Source: Minisyncoccia bacterium
GTDB lineage: Bacteria > Patescibacteriota > Minisyncoccia > Phycocordibacterales > UBA9973
DNA: 64,000 nt
Reading direction: 5' to 3'
Assembly (NCBI GenBank): GCA_038251535.1
Contig: JBBSBF010000002.1
Location: 2,220 to 66,219 of the forward strand
Position numbers and translations under genes: made by a program. The notes beneath the pieces were generated by a model, which searched no databases, was not told the origin of the DNA, and saw nothing but the letters and a program-made list of their open reading frames with translations. Below, one piece after another: positions 39,175-49,341 of the stretch (position 1 is the stretch's first letter; each line of letters begins with the position of its first letter).

Positions 39175-39319
39175 GCGCTCTTATCCCATGCTACGTTCTG
39201 CATCTTCGAGAGCTATGCATGCCTCTTATCCCGTGCGGCTATGCGCAGGGATCTCACGCGCCCCGGAGTTCAGGCGCGTTCTTATCCCACACTACGTTCT
39301 GGATCTTCGAGGGCTACGC
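39175..39319. repeat. Direct repeats downstream of efp
   Basis: 44-nt units at 39175-39218 and 39276-39319 (38/44 identical) plus a partial copy at 39221-39245. Confidence 0.85.
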
Positions 39320-39895
39320 CCTCTCGACATACTCACCAGTATCCGTATTGATGCGTATTTTTTCTCCAATTTCAATAAAGAGGGGAACGTTGACAGTAGC
39401 GCCAGTCTCGAGAGTCGCAACTTTGTTTCCACCGGTGACCGTAGAGCCTTTGACTGATGGGGGAGCATCTTTGACCACGAGGTCGACTTTGACGGGGATT
39501 TTCATACCGATGACGGTCTCTTTGTCATCATCGTCGGTATACACCGTCAGTTCTACTTCGTCGTTTTCTTTGATGTATTTGATCTTATCTCCAACGATAC
39601 CTTCTTTGAGGGAAAAACGTTTACTTTTTTCCTGGGGATCAGTAAACCATACTTCATCTTTTGCCCTGTACAAGTAGGTCACCGTTTTAGTTGAAATATC
39701 AGCTTCTTCGGCCTTTTCGGATCCACCAAACGATATTTCGGCAATACGGCCAGTGAGGAGGTTTTTGAGCTTGGTAGCATTCACTGGCTTTCGCTGTTGT
39801 TTACGAAATACATGACTTGCCATGACTTCGTGTGGGGCACCGTCCCAAACGATGATTTTGTGTTCTTTGATTTCGTTGTATTCAAGCATGGACAT
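39314..39895 (-). CDS. efp: Elongation factor P
   Basis: KLKNLLTG, P.VKG.T, K.ATLETG..V.VPLFI..G..I.INT.TGEYVER. Confidence 0.95.
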   Translation of the reverse strand: MSMLEYNEIKEHKIIVWDGAPHEVMASHVFRKQQRKPVNATKLKNLLTGRIAEISFGGSEKAEEADISTKTVTYLYRAKDEVWFTDPQEKSKRFSLKEGIVGDKIKYIKENDEVELTVYTDDDDKETVIGMKIPVKVDLVVKDAPPSVKGSTVTGGNKVATLETGATVNVPLFIEIGEKIRINTDTGEYVERA

Positions 39896-39914
39896 AGGGA
39901 TTTTTTATATACTT

Positions 39915-40027
39915 CAAAAACAAAAGTATATTCCTCAAAATACGCGCATAAAAGTCTGGTGACTTTTTGCTATGCTCGGACCAGTCGTCCTGCGCAATGT
40001 ATTTTTCGGAACACACTTTTGTTTTTG
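39915..40027. repeat. Structured repeat, copy 3 (divergent)
   Basis: Long outer inverted repeat enclosing two hairpins; core ctcggaccagtcgtcctgcg. Confidence 0.8.
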
Positions 40028-40094
40028 TCATTCAGTGGTAACGGATCGATTGTAGCGGAAAGGGGATTGAAAGTCCATTTCTTTCTGGAGCGAG

Positions 40095-40185
40095 AAACCT
40101 CTCTTTTACTGTCTTTCGCAAGACGACTGGTCTGAGAATGAGCGATTTTTCAGCAGAAAAATACGCGACGGTAAAAGAAAGGTTT
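40095..40185. repeat. Structured repeat, copy 2 (opposite orientation)
   Basis: 40111-40169 is the reverse complement of 9653-9711 at 56/59. Confidence 0.9.
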
Positions 40186-40195
40186 TGAGTGGAAG

Positions 40196-41278
40196 TTATT
40201 CTCCCGAACTCTCCATCACCACATCTTTCATTCTTTTGCGGACATCTTTGGTGATCGCATCACGGACCTTTGGGTTATCACGCATAAATACTCGAGATGC
40301 ATCATAGCCACGGCCGAGTTTCACTTCTGATTCTGCGGAATCATGTCGCGTACCGTCCTTTGAAACGCGACCTTCTGGTTTGTATGAATAAGATGTTCCA
40401 CTTTTTTCAATCACGCCGAGCTTTTCTCCGAGGGCAAGGAGCTCTCCTTCGAGCGAGATGCCTTCGCCGTATATGATATCAAACTCAGTTTGTTTGAACG
40501 GGGCAGCAACTTTGTTTTTCACTACTTTGACTCGAGTACGACTTCCGACGACTTCGTCACCCTTTTTGATCTGGGCGATGCGCCGGATATCGAGTCGGAC
40601 TGAAGTGTAAAACTTGAGCGCCTTTCCTCCTGGGGTGGTCTCAGGGTTTCCAAACATGATACCGATCTGCATTCGGATTTGGTTGATAAAGATGACGAGT
40701 GTCTTTGACTTGTGCACGATAGCAGTAAGTTTGCGGAGAGCTTGAGACATCAGACGTGCTTGTTTACCCATGTGTTGTTGACCCATATCTCCCTCGATCT
40801 CGTCTTTTGGGGTGAGGGCGGCGACTGAGTCGATGACGATGACGTCGATCTTGCCACTTCGCACTAAACTCTCGGTGATCTCGAGACCTTGTTCACCAGT
40901 GTCGGGCTGAGAAATGAGGAGTTCGTTGATTTTGACGCCGATATTTTTTGCGTATTCTGGATCCATCGCGTGCTCTGCGTCGATATACGCGCAGATACCG
41001 CCCAGCTTTTGTGCTTCGGCAACGACATGGAGTGCAAGGGTAGTCTTTCCACTAGATTCTGGACCAAAGACCTCAATGATGCGTCCCCGTGGCAACCCAC
41101 CGATACCGAGTGCGATGTCGAGCCCGATCGAACCAGTCGGGATCACGGAGATATCGACCTTGGGTGCGTCTCCAAGCTTCATGATTGCGCCTTCGCCAAA
41201 TTTAGTCTGGATAGATTTGATGGTTTCTTCGACCGAAGAATCCATAGTTTTTGCTTCTTTTGCTGCTTTTTTTGCCAT
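40196..41278 (-). CDS. recA: Recombinase A
   Basis: [33 protein letters not shown]. Confidence 0.99.
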   Translation of the reverse strand: MAKKAAKEAKTMDSSVEETIKSIQTKFGEGAIMKLGDAPKVDISVIPTGSIGLDIALGIGGLPRGRIIEVFGPESSGKTTLALHVVAEAQKLGGICAYIDAEHAMDPEYAKNIGVKINELLISQPDTGEQGLEITESLVRSGKIDVIVIDSVAALTPKDEIEGDMGQQHMGKQARLMSQALRKLTAIVHKSKTLVIFINQIRMQIGIMFGNPETTPGGKALKFYTSVRLDIRRIAQIKKGDEVVGSRTRVKVVKNKVAAPFKQTEFDIIYGEGISLEGELLALGEKLGVIEKSGTSYSYKPEGRVSKDGTRHDSAESEVKLGRGYDASRVFMRDNPKVRDAITKDVRKRMKDVVMESSGE

Positions 41279-41293
41279 AATGATTAAGTATTA

Positions 41294-41689
41294 TTAATAA
41301 GGAGTGGTTAGTGCAACGGCGTCAGGCGGGGAGACAACTATTTGATATGTCTTTATCTTTTGATTTCCAAATTGATCTTTTAATGCTATCTCTACTATAT
41401 TATATCCTTTTGAAAGTACGACTTCATCATTAAACGTTCCTTCTCGTGTCACGGCAATAGGTCGACCGTTTATCAGTATTTCACGAGCATGACGGGCAAA
41501 TCCTGATATTGGCAAAAATGGACTCTCAACAGTCGCACCGTCTGATGCAGTAGTTACGATCAATGGTGTGCCCAAAATCCTATCTCGCATATTGTTAACG
41601 ACGAGACCTAGTATGCCGAAAGCTACCACTATAAAAAGGGCTGCTTTTGGGGAGATACGGAGTTTTGCGGTGGAATGTTTGATATACAT
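41294..41689 (-). CDS. Membrane-anchored protein with a single Ig-like domain
   Basis: TM followed by ISG...ING...G.F...L..GYN pattern. Confidence 0.7.
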   Translation of the reverse strand: MYIKHSTAKLRISPKAALFIVVAFGILGLVVNNMRDRILGTPLIVTTASDGATVESPFLPISGFARHAREILINGRPIAVTREGTFNDEVVLSKGYNIVEIALKDQFGNQKIKTYQIVVSPPDAVALTTPY

Positions 41690-41692
41690 ATA

Positions 41693-43870
41693 TTATATAC
41701 CCATTTCGTCAGCTACTATATCTGAAACGGCTTGATTTGCGCCGCGCATACCACTTTCGAGGACTTCGCGAGGCTTTGCTCTATCACTCGCGCCGATCAC
41801 TCCACGTTCCTCGAGCATATCCATGAGTCGTGCTGCTCGAGCATAGCCAACCTTTAGTTTTCGTTGAATGTAGGAAGTTGATGCCTTGCCCGCTTCTATA
41901 ATGATACTGCGAGCTTCTTCGTAGAGGGCGTCGTCGTCTCCATTTTCCATACTATCGCTAAACATCGACTTTTCTCCGGTGACGGTACCACTGAGCTCTA
42001 TTGTTTCTCGGATATCATCTCGAAATGCGTTTTTGAGGTATTTGACGACGTTTTTTACTTCTTCCTCAGTAATAAATGCACTTTGTAGGCGCTCCGCTTG
42101 GCTGTCTCCAATAACTGCGAGCATATCTCCTTGACCGAGCAGTTTTTCTGCACCTCCTGCGTCAAGAATGGTGCGTGAGTCGATCTGGGTAGGAACGCGG
42201 AGCGCAATACGAGCAGGGACGTTTGCTTTGATCAACCCTGTAATAACGTTTACCTCTGGGCGTTGGGTGGAGAGGATCAGATGAATTCCGACTGCACGAG
42301 ACATCTGTGCGAGCCGTACAATTGCTGCCTCGAGTTCTCGGGGGAATGCCTGCATGATGTCTGCCAACTCATCAATCACGATGACGATATATGGCATACG
42401 ATCCGGTGCATCGTCTGAGTCGTCGGCAGGTTTTGCAAAAGTAGCAGCGTATTTTTTGTGATAGGAAGTAATGTCTCGTACTGATTCTGATTCGAGTATG
42501 TCGTATCGTCGATTCATTTCTGTTGCGGCCCATTTGAGTGCGAGGATCGCTTTTTTTGATTCGGTAATAACGGGGGTCAATAGGTGGGGGATGCCGTTAT
42601 AGAGCGTGAGTTCGACGCGCTTTGGGTCGACAAAGATAAATCGCATATCATCAGGTCCATATCGATACAAGAGAGACGTGATGATGGCGTGGATGGTGAC
42701 CGACTTTCCTGACCCAGTAGTTCCAGCGATGAGTAGGTGCGGCATTGCTGCGATGCTTCGGAGGACTGATTTTCCAGAAATATTTCGACCTAAAGCTACG
42801 GTCAATGGTTTTGCAGGATTGTTGAATGTAGGGTCTGCGAGGAGCGTTGCAAGACCAACCGTTGCTTTTGTCTTGTTTGGGATTTCGATACCAACCAAAC
42901 TTTTGCCAGGGATTGGTGCTTCGATGCGGATAGGGTGAGCGGCGAGTGAAAGTGCGAGGTCGTTTTGGAGACCGACAATTCGAGAGAGCTTTACTCCTTG
43001 TGCTGGTTTGAGGGCATATCGGGTAACTGATGGACCGATAGTAACTTCATCCATCTCAACTTCGATACCAAAGTTTGAGAGTGTCCGTCTGATAATATTT
43101 GCATTTGCTTTCACGTCTCCAACATTTGCCTTGCCACGGTCGCCTTCGAGGAGTGACAACGGAGGAGGTACATATGCTCCAGTACTGGACTTCACCCGTT
43201 TTGGATTGATGGAAAAATCTGGATCGTTACTTGGTTCTGTTATCTTGAGCTCTGTAGCTTTTGATTCCGCCGGAGAGGGTGCTGGATGATTCAGTTCGCT
43301 CGCAGGGATCACATACTCACCATCTTCTTCAACTTCCTCTAGACTAGCTAGTGCAGGTTCTTGACGAGTCAGGAGGGACTTGATTTTTGTCCATATTTTT
43401 TCAAAAAATGGGAATAGGTTTGGTGTACGGTCGAAGAATAACGTAAATGAACAAAGCACAATAAAGAGTAAGATTATTGTCGCAAAAAGTTGGTCAAAAC
43501 TCGCGATAAGTGGCGCTGCAAGCAACCTACCGACAATACCTCCCAAGGCAAGATCTTTTATAGAAAGCAGTGTCAGTACTGCAGCAATTCCGACGATACT
43601 TGTTACAATCTCTCGAACACTCGCTTCTATATGTTTGTTTCGGATCAGCAGTATCCCTGTAGTACCAAGTGCAAGGGGGATAATACTAGCGCCTGCACCA
43701 AACAGCCAGTACGCCAGTTGTGCGAGGATAAACCCACCGATTCCTGCGGCACCTCCCATGCCACCCAATGCGATAAGTGCAAAAAGCAACAACACTAAGC
43801 CGCCAACTACATGCTTCGTTCGGTCGTTCTTTTGCTTCTGTTTTTTCTGAGAATGCTTCTTTTTTGCCAT
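41693..43870 (-). CDS. ftsK: DNA translocase FtsK/SpoIIIE
   Basis: N-terminal TMs, PHLLIAGTTGSGKS, IDELAD, TQRP, gamma domain (GYARAARL). Confidence 0.96.
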   Translation of the reverse strand: MAKKKHSQKKQKQKNDRTKHVVGGLVLLLFALIALGGMGGAAGIGGFILAQLAYWLFGAGASIIPLALGTTGILLIRNKHIEASVREIVTSIVGIAAVLTLLSIKDLALGGIVGRLLAAPLIASFDQLFATIILLFIVLCSFTLFFDRTPNLFPFFEKIWTKIKSLLTRQEPALASLEEVEEDGEYVIPASELNHPAPSPAESKATELKITEPSNDPDFSINPKRVKSSTGAYVPPPLSLLEGDRGKANVGDVKANANIIRRTLSNFGIEVEMDEVTIGPSVTRYALKPAQGVKLSRIVGLQNDLALSLAAHPIRIEAPIPGKSLVGIEIPNKTKATVGLATLLADPTFNNPAKPLTVALGRNISGKSVLRSIAAMPHLLIAGTTGSGKSVTIHAIITSLLYRYGPDDMRFIFVDPKRVELTLYNGIPHLLTPVITESKKAILALKWAATEMNRRYDILESESVRDITSYHKKYAATFAKPADDSDDAPDRMPYIVIVIDELADIMQAFPRELEAAIVRLAQMSRAVGIHLILSTQRPEVNVITGLIKANVPARIALRVPTQIDSRTILDAGGAEKLLGQGDMLAVIGDSQAERLQSAFITEEEVKNVVKYLKNAFRDDIRETIELSGTVTGEKSMFSDSMENGDDDALYEEARSIIIEAGKASTSYIQRKLKVGYARAARLMDMLEERGVIGASDRAKPREVLESGMRGANQAVSDIVADEMGI

Positions 43871-44058
43871 AGATACGTGCTCGTATGAGTATATCACCCC
43901 TTTTGCCGTAAAACTATTATAGTATAAGGATAATTACGACACGATCATTACTTGTGTGGGGGAGAAATGTCCTTTATAATGAAATGATTCAGGACGCATA
44001 TCGGTCAATTTTCTTAAAGGACATCTTTATAAACCTTTGTTTATAAGTAGAAAAAATA

Positions 44059-44631
44059 ATGGACAAAAATAAAGGACAAAAAATAATAGCTGCGATCTAT
44101 CTCGTCACGAGACATTTATCAGACAGTGATCCAATAAAGTTGTCGCTTCGGCAACATGGACTGTCGTTACTACTTCCTGAGAGCGACACGGAAAGACTCG
44201 CCCAACACATGGTAGTACTACTCAAAGCTGCAGCTCTTGCGGGACTCATGAGTGAAAAAAATGTTCTCATTATCACAGAACAAGTCCAGAGCTTTAGCAT
44301 TGCGGGAGGAAATATGGCAGGAGATATATTTGAGACAACGGGAGACGATGCGTTAACAAACAGCTATATAGGACAAAAAATGTCCTATATAAAAAGTGGT
44401 AAAGAGCCTGTCTATAATCAAAAACATAGTGATAATAAGTCTAAAAGGCAGGACCACATACTGACCTTTATTAAAAGACAAAAGTCTGTTGGTATAAAGG
44501 ACATTTCTCAACTCTTTTCTGAGGTGAGTGAAAAAACCATACAACGCGAACTAAGTGCATTGGTTAAAAACGGGATGATCACAAAGCGCGGAAGCAAACG
44601 GTGGAGCCTCTATATGGCAGTTGGTGCGTAA
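44059..44631 (+). CDS. Protein with C-terminal DeoR-like winged HTH
   Basis: IKDI....VSEKTIQREL..LV..G.I.K.G..RW. Confidence 0.8.
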   Translation: MDKNKGQKIIAAIYLVTRHLSDSDPIKLSLRQHGLSLLLPESDTERLAQHMVVLLKAAALAGLMSEKNVLIITEQVQSFSIAGGNMAGDIFETTGDDALTNSYIGQKMSYIKSGKEPVYNQKHSDNKSKRQDHILTFIKRQKSVGIKDISQLFSEVSEKTIQRELSALVKNGMITKRGSKRWSLYMAVGA

Positions 44632-44773
44632 CGCTACAAACAAGAAATTGTGTAATATAACGAGTCTTTAGTAGTCAACCTTTACAAGTGGCGTACATTT
44701 TTTGCTTGCGTTCGCATCTGTACATATAGATAGTCTATAGCTATCCACATATCTGGTTCAAAATGAACTATTG

Positions 44774-44976
44774 TGGTACTATAAAAGCTGTCTTTTGGTA
44801 CGATCTTTAGCTGGGTATAGGTTTCGGCTTATCTTCATCTAAAGGCGACAAAAGTCAAAAAATGGAGGTGCTCACTATTCTTCGGAGTATTGAGTATCGC
44901 CACGAAGCGGCTCGTTGAAAACTACATAGCCTTAAAAAGCAAGTATAGTATTTCGACGAGCCGTTTTTTTGTTTTT
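44774..44976 (+). ncRNA. Candidate structured RNA or leader ending in a terminator-like hairpin
   Basis: TGnTACTAT promoter, two TTCG-capped hairpins, 14-bp stem (44907-44920/44951-44964) followed by a T run. Confidence 0.45.
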
Positions 44977-45163
44977 ATTCACTTGATTTTCAAATGAATA
45001 AAAACGATATCGGCCTTGTCGACACGGCAGATACAGCAGCTCGTTACTGCTTTTCTGCGATTAGCTAAACCGTATGGTGCCTCGAGGTGATAAAGACCTT
45101 GGCTCACCGTACACCCGTCACACTCATATATAAGTGCGACGATTACTAACAATTAATCAAATT

Positions 45164-47215
45164 ATGAATAAAATTACAAAATTTATCGTAGGCGCATCTC
45201 TTGCTGCTTTTGCACTCGTTGCATCAGCATCAACAGCTAGTGCTGCTTACATGCACACTGGTCTCCTTAAACAAGGGATGACTAGTTCACAAGTGATGAG
45301 TCTTCAAACGACTTTGAACGCAAGTGGATTCTTGGTTTCTACTACCGGTGCTGGATCTCCAGGAATGGAATCTAGTTACTTTGGTTCAAAGACCAAGGCT
45401 GCTGTTATGGCATTCCAAACAGCAAAAGGTTTGACCGCTGACGGAATCGTCGGTGCTCAGACTGGAACTGCACTCGCTGCAATGACTGGCGGAAGTATGT
45501 CTTACCCAGCAGGTTGTTCATCAACTTCTGGATACAGCACTGTTAACGGTCAGCCTTGCACGATGACTGCTAATTACCCAGTTGGATGTATGTCAAATTC
45601 TGGATACAGCACTACTACAGGGCAACCTTGTACTGGGGCTAGTCTTCCAGCTGGATGTATGTCAACAGCAGGATTCTCTCCAATTTCTGGCGTTTCTTGT
45701 TCTACTGGAGGTTCGTCTAACGGCGCACTTTCTGGTTCAACTGGAAACATTAGTTCTTACAGTCTCCTTTCTTCAGTTGACAACCAAGTTGGCGAAGGAA
45801 ACACTGACAAGAAAGTTGTTGGCGTTGAAATCAAAGCAGATGCAGGTTCAGACCTCAACATCTCTGCGATGCGCGTAACTTTCAAGAACACTAACTCTCC
45901 AAGTTCATCAAAGCGATTTGATCGATACGCAAAGACAGTGTCAGTATGGGCAGGTAGTACAAAGGTTGGATCAGCAAGTATTTCTGATTTCTCAGAAGAC
46001 TCTGGTCTCTACACAAAGACTATCAACCTCTCAGGTGCAACTGTAAAGGCTGACCAAAAGAGCCAATTTTACGTAACTGTTGATGCAGTAAGTAACATTG
46101 ATTCAGGTGACTTTACAAACACATTCGTTGCAACGATCGACAATGCTCGTTTCAACGATGCGTCTGGAGCTATCTTGACTGAAACTTTCTCAAGTCCGAC
46201 AATTACAAAGACCTTTAGTTTCGTGTCACTTGCAACTGCAAATGACCTCGAACTCAAAGTCAATCTTGCGTCTGACAACATGAAAGCTACAACAGTTAAA
46301 GTTTCTACCACTTCAAACACTAACAACGTGCAACTCTTGAAGTTCACCGTTAAGGCACAAGGTGGAAAGATGCACATTGATCAAATCCCAGTGTATTTCG
46401 CTGCTAGTACCGCACTTAGTGAGGTTACTGGAAACGTAACATTGAAAATCAATGGCGACACCTTTACAGAAACGATTGCTTCAACAACAGCAACTGGTGC
46501 AACGATCACGTTTGACAACCTCAGCTTTGATATCAGTGCAGACGATACCGTTACTGGTACAGTCTACGCAGACATCAACGACATCGAAGTACCTTACTTC
46601 AACCAAGGTGACACGCTCAAAGCGTCTATCACTTCTAGTGAAGTAGCGGTCATCGATGCTGAGGACGCCAATGGCGACAACATCCAGTCTGGAGACCGTT
46701 CAGGTTCTGCAGTTGGTGAAGTTATGACATTCCGTTCAACTGGAGTTAACGCAGTGATGGGCGATGCGTCTATCACTCGTGACACCGACCAAAATGGTAA
46801 TATCGTTCAGGTTCACTACAGTATTCCTGTATCTGTAACTTCATTCGGTAATACTCTTTACCTCGGACAGTCAGCACAGCTTGCTGCTACTGCAACTGGA
46901 TCAAACGCTTTTGCTCTCGTTTACGAGGCTTCAAGCGCTGGTTCTACACCAGTAGTAGGTGGAACTTCTAGTATCACTCTTTCATCTTCTGATTCATCGA
47001 TTGATACAAACGGATTCCGTCTTGACGATGGTCAGACTAAGCACTTCACGATCACTGTAAACCTCATTGATCCTGCAACTGCTAGTACTTCATATCGTGT
47101 TCACCTCGATCAGATCCGAACATTCACTGACGCTCTCCTCACTGCAGGTGCAGCTAACAGTGACTTGCTCCCTATCGAGTCATACCGAACTAACTACCAA
47201 TTGATCAATAGCTAA
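45164..47215 (+). CDS. Putative S-layer/major surface protein with peptidoglycan-binding domain and Cys repeats
   Basis: Signal peptide, LKQG..V..LQ..L / FG.KT.AAV.AFQ...GL..DG.VG domain, S/T-rich beta body, codon usage typical of high expression, long leader. Confidence 0.75.
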   Translation: MNKITKFIVGASLAAFALVASASTASAAYMHTGLLKQGMTSSQVMSLQTTLNASGFLVSTTGAGSPGMESSYFGSKTKAAVMAFQTAKGLTADGIVGAQTGTALAAMTGGSMSYPAGCSSTSGYSTVNGQPCTMTANYPVGCMSNSGYSTTTGQPCTGASLPAGCMSTAGFSPISGVSCSTGGSSNGALSGSTGNISSYSLLSSVDNQVGEGNTDKKVVGVEIKADAGSDLNISAMRVTFKNTNSPSSSKRFDRYAKTVSVWAGSTKVGSASISDFSEDSGLYTKTINLSGATVKADQKSQFYVTVDAVSNIDSGDFTNTFVATIDNARFNDASGAILTETFSSPTITKTFSFVSLATANDLELKVNLASDNMKATTVKVSTTSNTNNVQLLKFTVKAQGGKMHIDQIPVYFAASTALSEVTGNVTLKINGDTFTETIASTTATGATITFDNLSFDISADDTVTGTVYADINDIEVPYFNQGDTLKASITSSEVAVIDAEDANGDNIQSGDRSGSAVGEVMTFRSTGVNAVMGDASITRDTDQNGNIVQVHYSIPVSVTSFGNTLYLGQSAQLAATATGSNAFALVYEASSAGSTPVVGGTSSITLSSSDSSIDTNGFRLDDGQTKHFTITVNLIDPATASTSYRVHLDQIRTFTDALLTAGAANSDLLPIESYRTNYQLINS

Positions 47216-47249
47216 TCGCTATCTGTCAGTTAGGTATACGTTCCTAATG

Positions 47250-47286
47250 GCAAAAAACCTCCCTATATGGGAGGTTTTTTGTTTTT
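47250..47286 (+). terminator. Intrinsic terminator
   Basis: aaaaaacctccc-tatat-gggaggtttttt. Confidence 0.85.
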
Positions 47287-47304
47287 CAGCTATACTTTCC
47301 TTAT

Positions 47305-49341
47305 ATGGAAAAAATACGAGAAGGAGTGCTCACATATGGGTCGATCGCAGTGGTGTTTCTTGTACCGATGATGTACATGAGTACACGGGTATTTCCACAC
47401 ATAACCTCAAAAACGTTCTTTTTCTACGGAATTGTTGAAACGCTTTTTGCGGTATGGATATATAGCGCAATAGTTGACCCGACCTATCGATTGAGTAAAC
47501 GACAGCTATACTTTTTGTTGCCGATACTTTTATTTATCGTATGGTTCACGCTCGCGGGCGTTATGGCAGTCAATCCCCATCTTGCGTTTTGGTCTTCTCT
47601 TTCACGAGGTACGGGGATCATTTCGTTGTACCATTGTGTAGCGTTGTGTATCGTTCTTGTATCGTTGGTCAATAGATATAGTTTTGAAATATATGGAATG
47701 AAGATACTGCGGTGGATCGTATACGCTGGAGGTATTGTTGCGGTGTCCGTGTGGTGTGCAAATGAAGGATTTGATTTGCCGTACCGTTTTTTGCAGCAAT
47801 CACAAGGAGGAGGATTGGTGGGGAACTCATCGCTCGCGGCGACGTATCTGTTGTTAGTGTTATGTATAGGATTGTTTTTGGTGTTTTCCCCGACTGTTTC
47901 CAGGTCAAGAAAAAATACCATCATCGTTATCTCGGCAGTAGTACTTGGTTCACCATTGTTTATGAACATTCATGGATTACTTGTTGGAAAGAGTATCGTT
48001 GGAAGTGCTCATGGGGCAACGATCGGTATCGTTGTAGGGCTTGGCGTAACAGTTCTCGGTGCGAGCATCTTGTCTAAAAACAAGGGAGCAAAGGTAGTTG
48101 GATGGTCGGGTGTAGTTCTGGGCTTGGTAGCGTTTGTGTATGTGTGGAGTCAGCTCTTGGTCGCAGGTTCGACGATTAATCAAAAATTCATTCAGATAGC
48201 TTCGGGGACACGATTTATATTTTGGAATGTTGCGAGTGAATCAATGCATGCGCATCCATGGCTTGGGTATGGTCCCGAAAACTATATGATCGCGCTTCAG
48301 GATCACTTTGATCCTAAAATGCTTCTCTCTGATTATGGATTTGAGGCATGGGATGATAGAGCGCATAACGTGTATTACGATATGGGAGTTTCGGGTGGGT
48401 ATCCTGCCATCATGCTGTATGCGTTTGTGCTCATATCTTTCGGGTACGTCGTATACGAACTCTTTTCAAAAAAGGTGCTTTCTCGATGGCAGGCGTCAAC
48501 ACTGTGGGGACTTTTGATCGGCTATATCTTTCAAAATCTTTTTGTGTTTGACTCACTGGTTTCGTATGTGATATTTTTTGCGATTGTAGGAGTTTTTGTT
48601 GGTGCGGGGAGGGGGATGTATGCGAAAGAGCGAGGAGGGACAAAACAGATTTCTCAGAGTAGTGGTAATCTTATCGCAGGTGTTCTCATCATCATGACTG
48701 CAATTATCTGGTATAACACGACATGGTTGCCATCTCGGAAAGCAATCGCGTTTGGACGGATCCTTGATTTACCACTCAATACTCGTGCAGAAAGTTATCC
48801 AAAGCTCTCTCTAGGTTCATCGATTGGGAATGATTGGGATGTTGGAGGATTTGGACATAATCTGTTTAAACTTTACGCAGCAAAACCTGAAGAGGTAAAA
48901 AGCAATCCAAAGATTATGCGCTACGCACCAACTGATGTATCAACGTTTTTGGAATACCTTGAAAAAGTAGATACTCAAAATGAACATGACTATCGACTCA
49001 AGTTGAGTATTATCCATCTCTACAGTACCTATATTTTCCTCACCGATAAGCCTGTTGATCCAGTGTATGCGCAGCACATTCTTGATCTTGCGCAAGAAGC
49101 AGAAAAACTTTCGCCAAATGATCCACAAACATATTGGAGTGTTACGCCGATACTTACGTGGCTCGGAAGTATCGATGCGGCACAGGCAGCATATGAAAAA
49201 GCAATCAGTATCGATCCGAGTATTCCAATATCGCACACGCTCCTCATTCAGTTTGCAGAAGGTTTGGGAAACAAAAAACTAGCTCAACAGGCCTTGGCGC
49301 AGGCCGAAAAAGATATTCCAGGATTCACCTATAACCAATAA
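47305..49341 (+). CDS. O-antigen-ligase/O-oligosaccharyltransferase-like (Wzy_C) protein with C-terminal TPR
   Basis: Many TMs, R..FW, PWLGYGPENY, DRAHN, TPR-like tail. Confidence 0.82.
   Translation: MEKIREGVLTYGSIAVVFLVPMMYMSTRVFPHITSKTFFFYGIVETLFAVWIYSAIVDPTYRLSKRQLYFLLPILLFIVWFTLAGVMAVNPHLAFWSSLSRGTGIISLYHCVALCIVLVSLVNRYSFEIYGMKILRWIVYAGGIVAVSVWCANEGFDLPYRFLQQSQGGGLVGNSSLAATYLLLVLCIGLFLVFSPTVSRSRKNTIIVISAVVLGSPLFMNIHGLLVGKSIVGSAHGATIGIVVGLGVTVLGASILSKNKGAKVVGWSGVVLGLVAFVYVWSQLLVAGSTINQKFIQIASGTRFIFWNVASESMHAHPWLGYGPENYMIALQDHFDPKMLLSDYGFEAWDDRAHNVYYDMGVSGGYPAIMLYAFVLISFGYVVYELFSKKVLSRWQASTLWGLLIGYIFQNLFVFDSLVSYVIFFAIVGVFVGAGRGMYAKERGGTKQISQSSGNLIAGVLIIMTAIIWYNTTWLPSRKAIAFGRILDLPLNTRAESYPKLSLGSSIGNDWDVGGFGHNLFKLYAAKPEEVKSNPKIMRYAPTDVSTFLEYLEKVDTQNEHDYRLKLSIIHLYSTYIFLTDKPVDPVYAQHILDLAQEAEKLSPNDPQTYWSVTPILTWLGSIDAAQAAYEKAISIDPSIPISHTLLIQFAEGLGNKKLAQQALAQAEKDIPGFTYNQ

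Noticed and set aside
39175-39319. CRISPR array
   Set aside because: Only two full degenerate units, irregular spacing, no cas genes in the window
39090-39677. 195-aa plus-strand ORF
   Set aside because: Antisense shadow of efp plus repeat sequence
44640-44760. Replication origin
   Set aside because: Only one 8/9 DnaA-box-like sequence (ctatccaca, 44741-44749), no dnaA nearby, and no sustained switch in gene orientation
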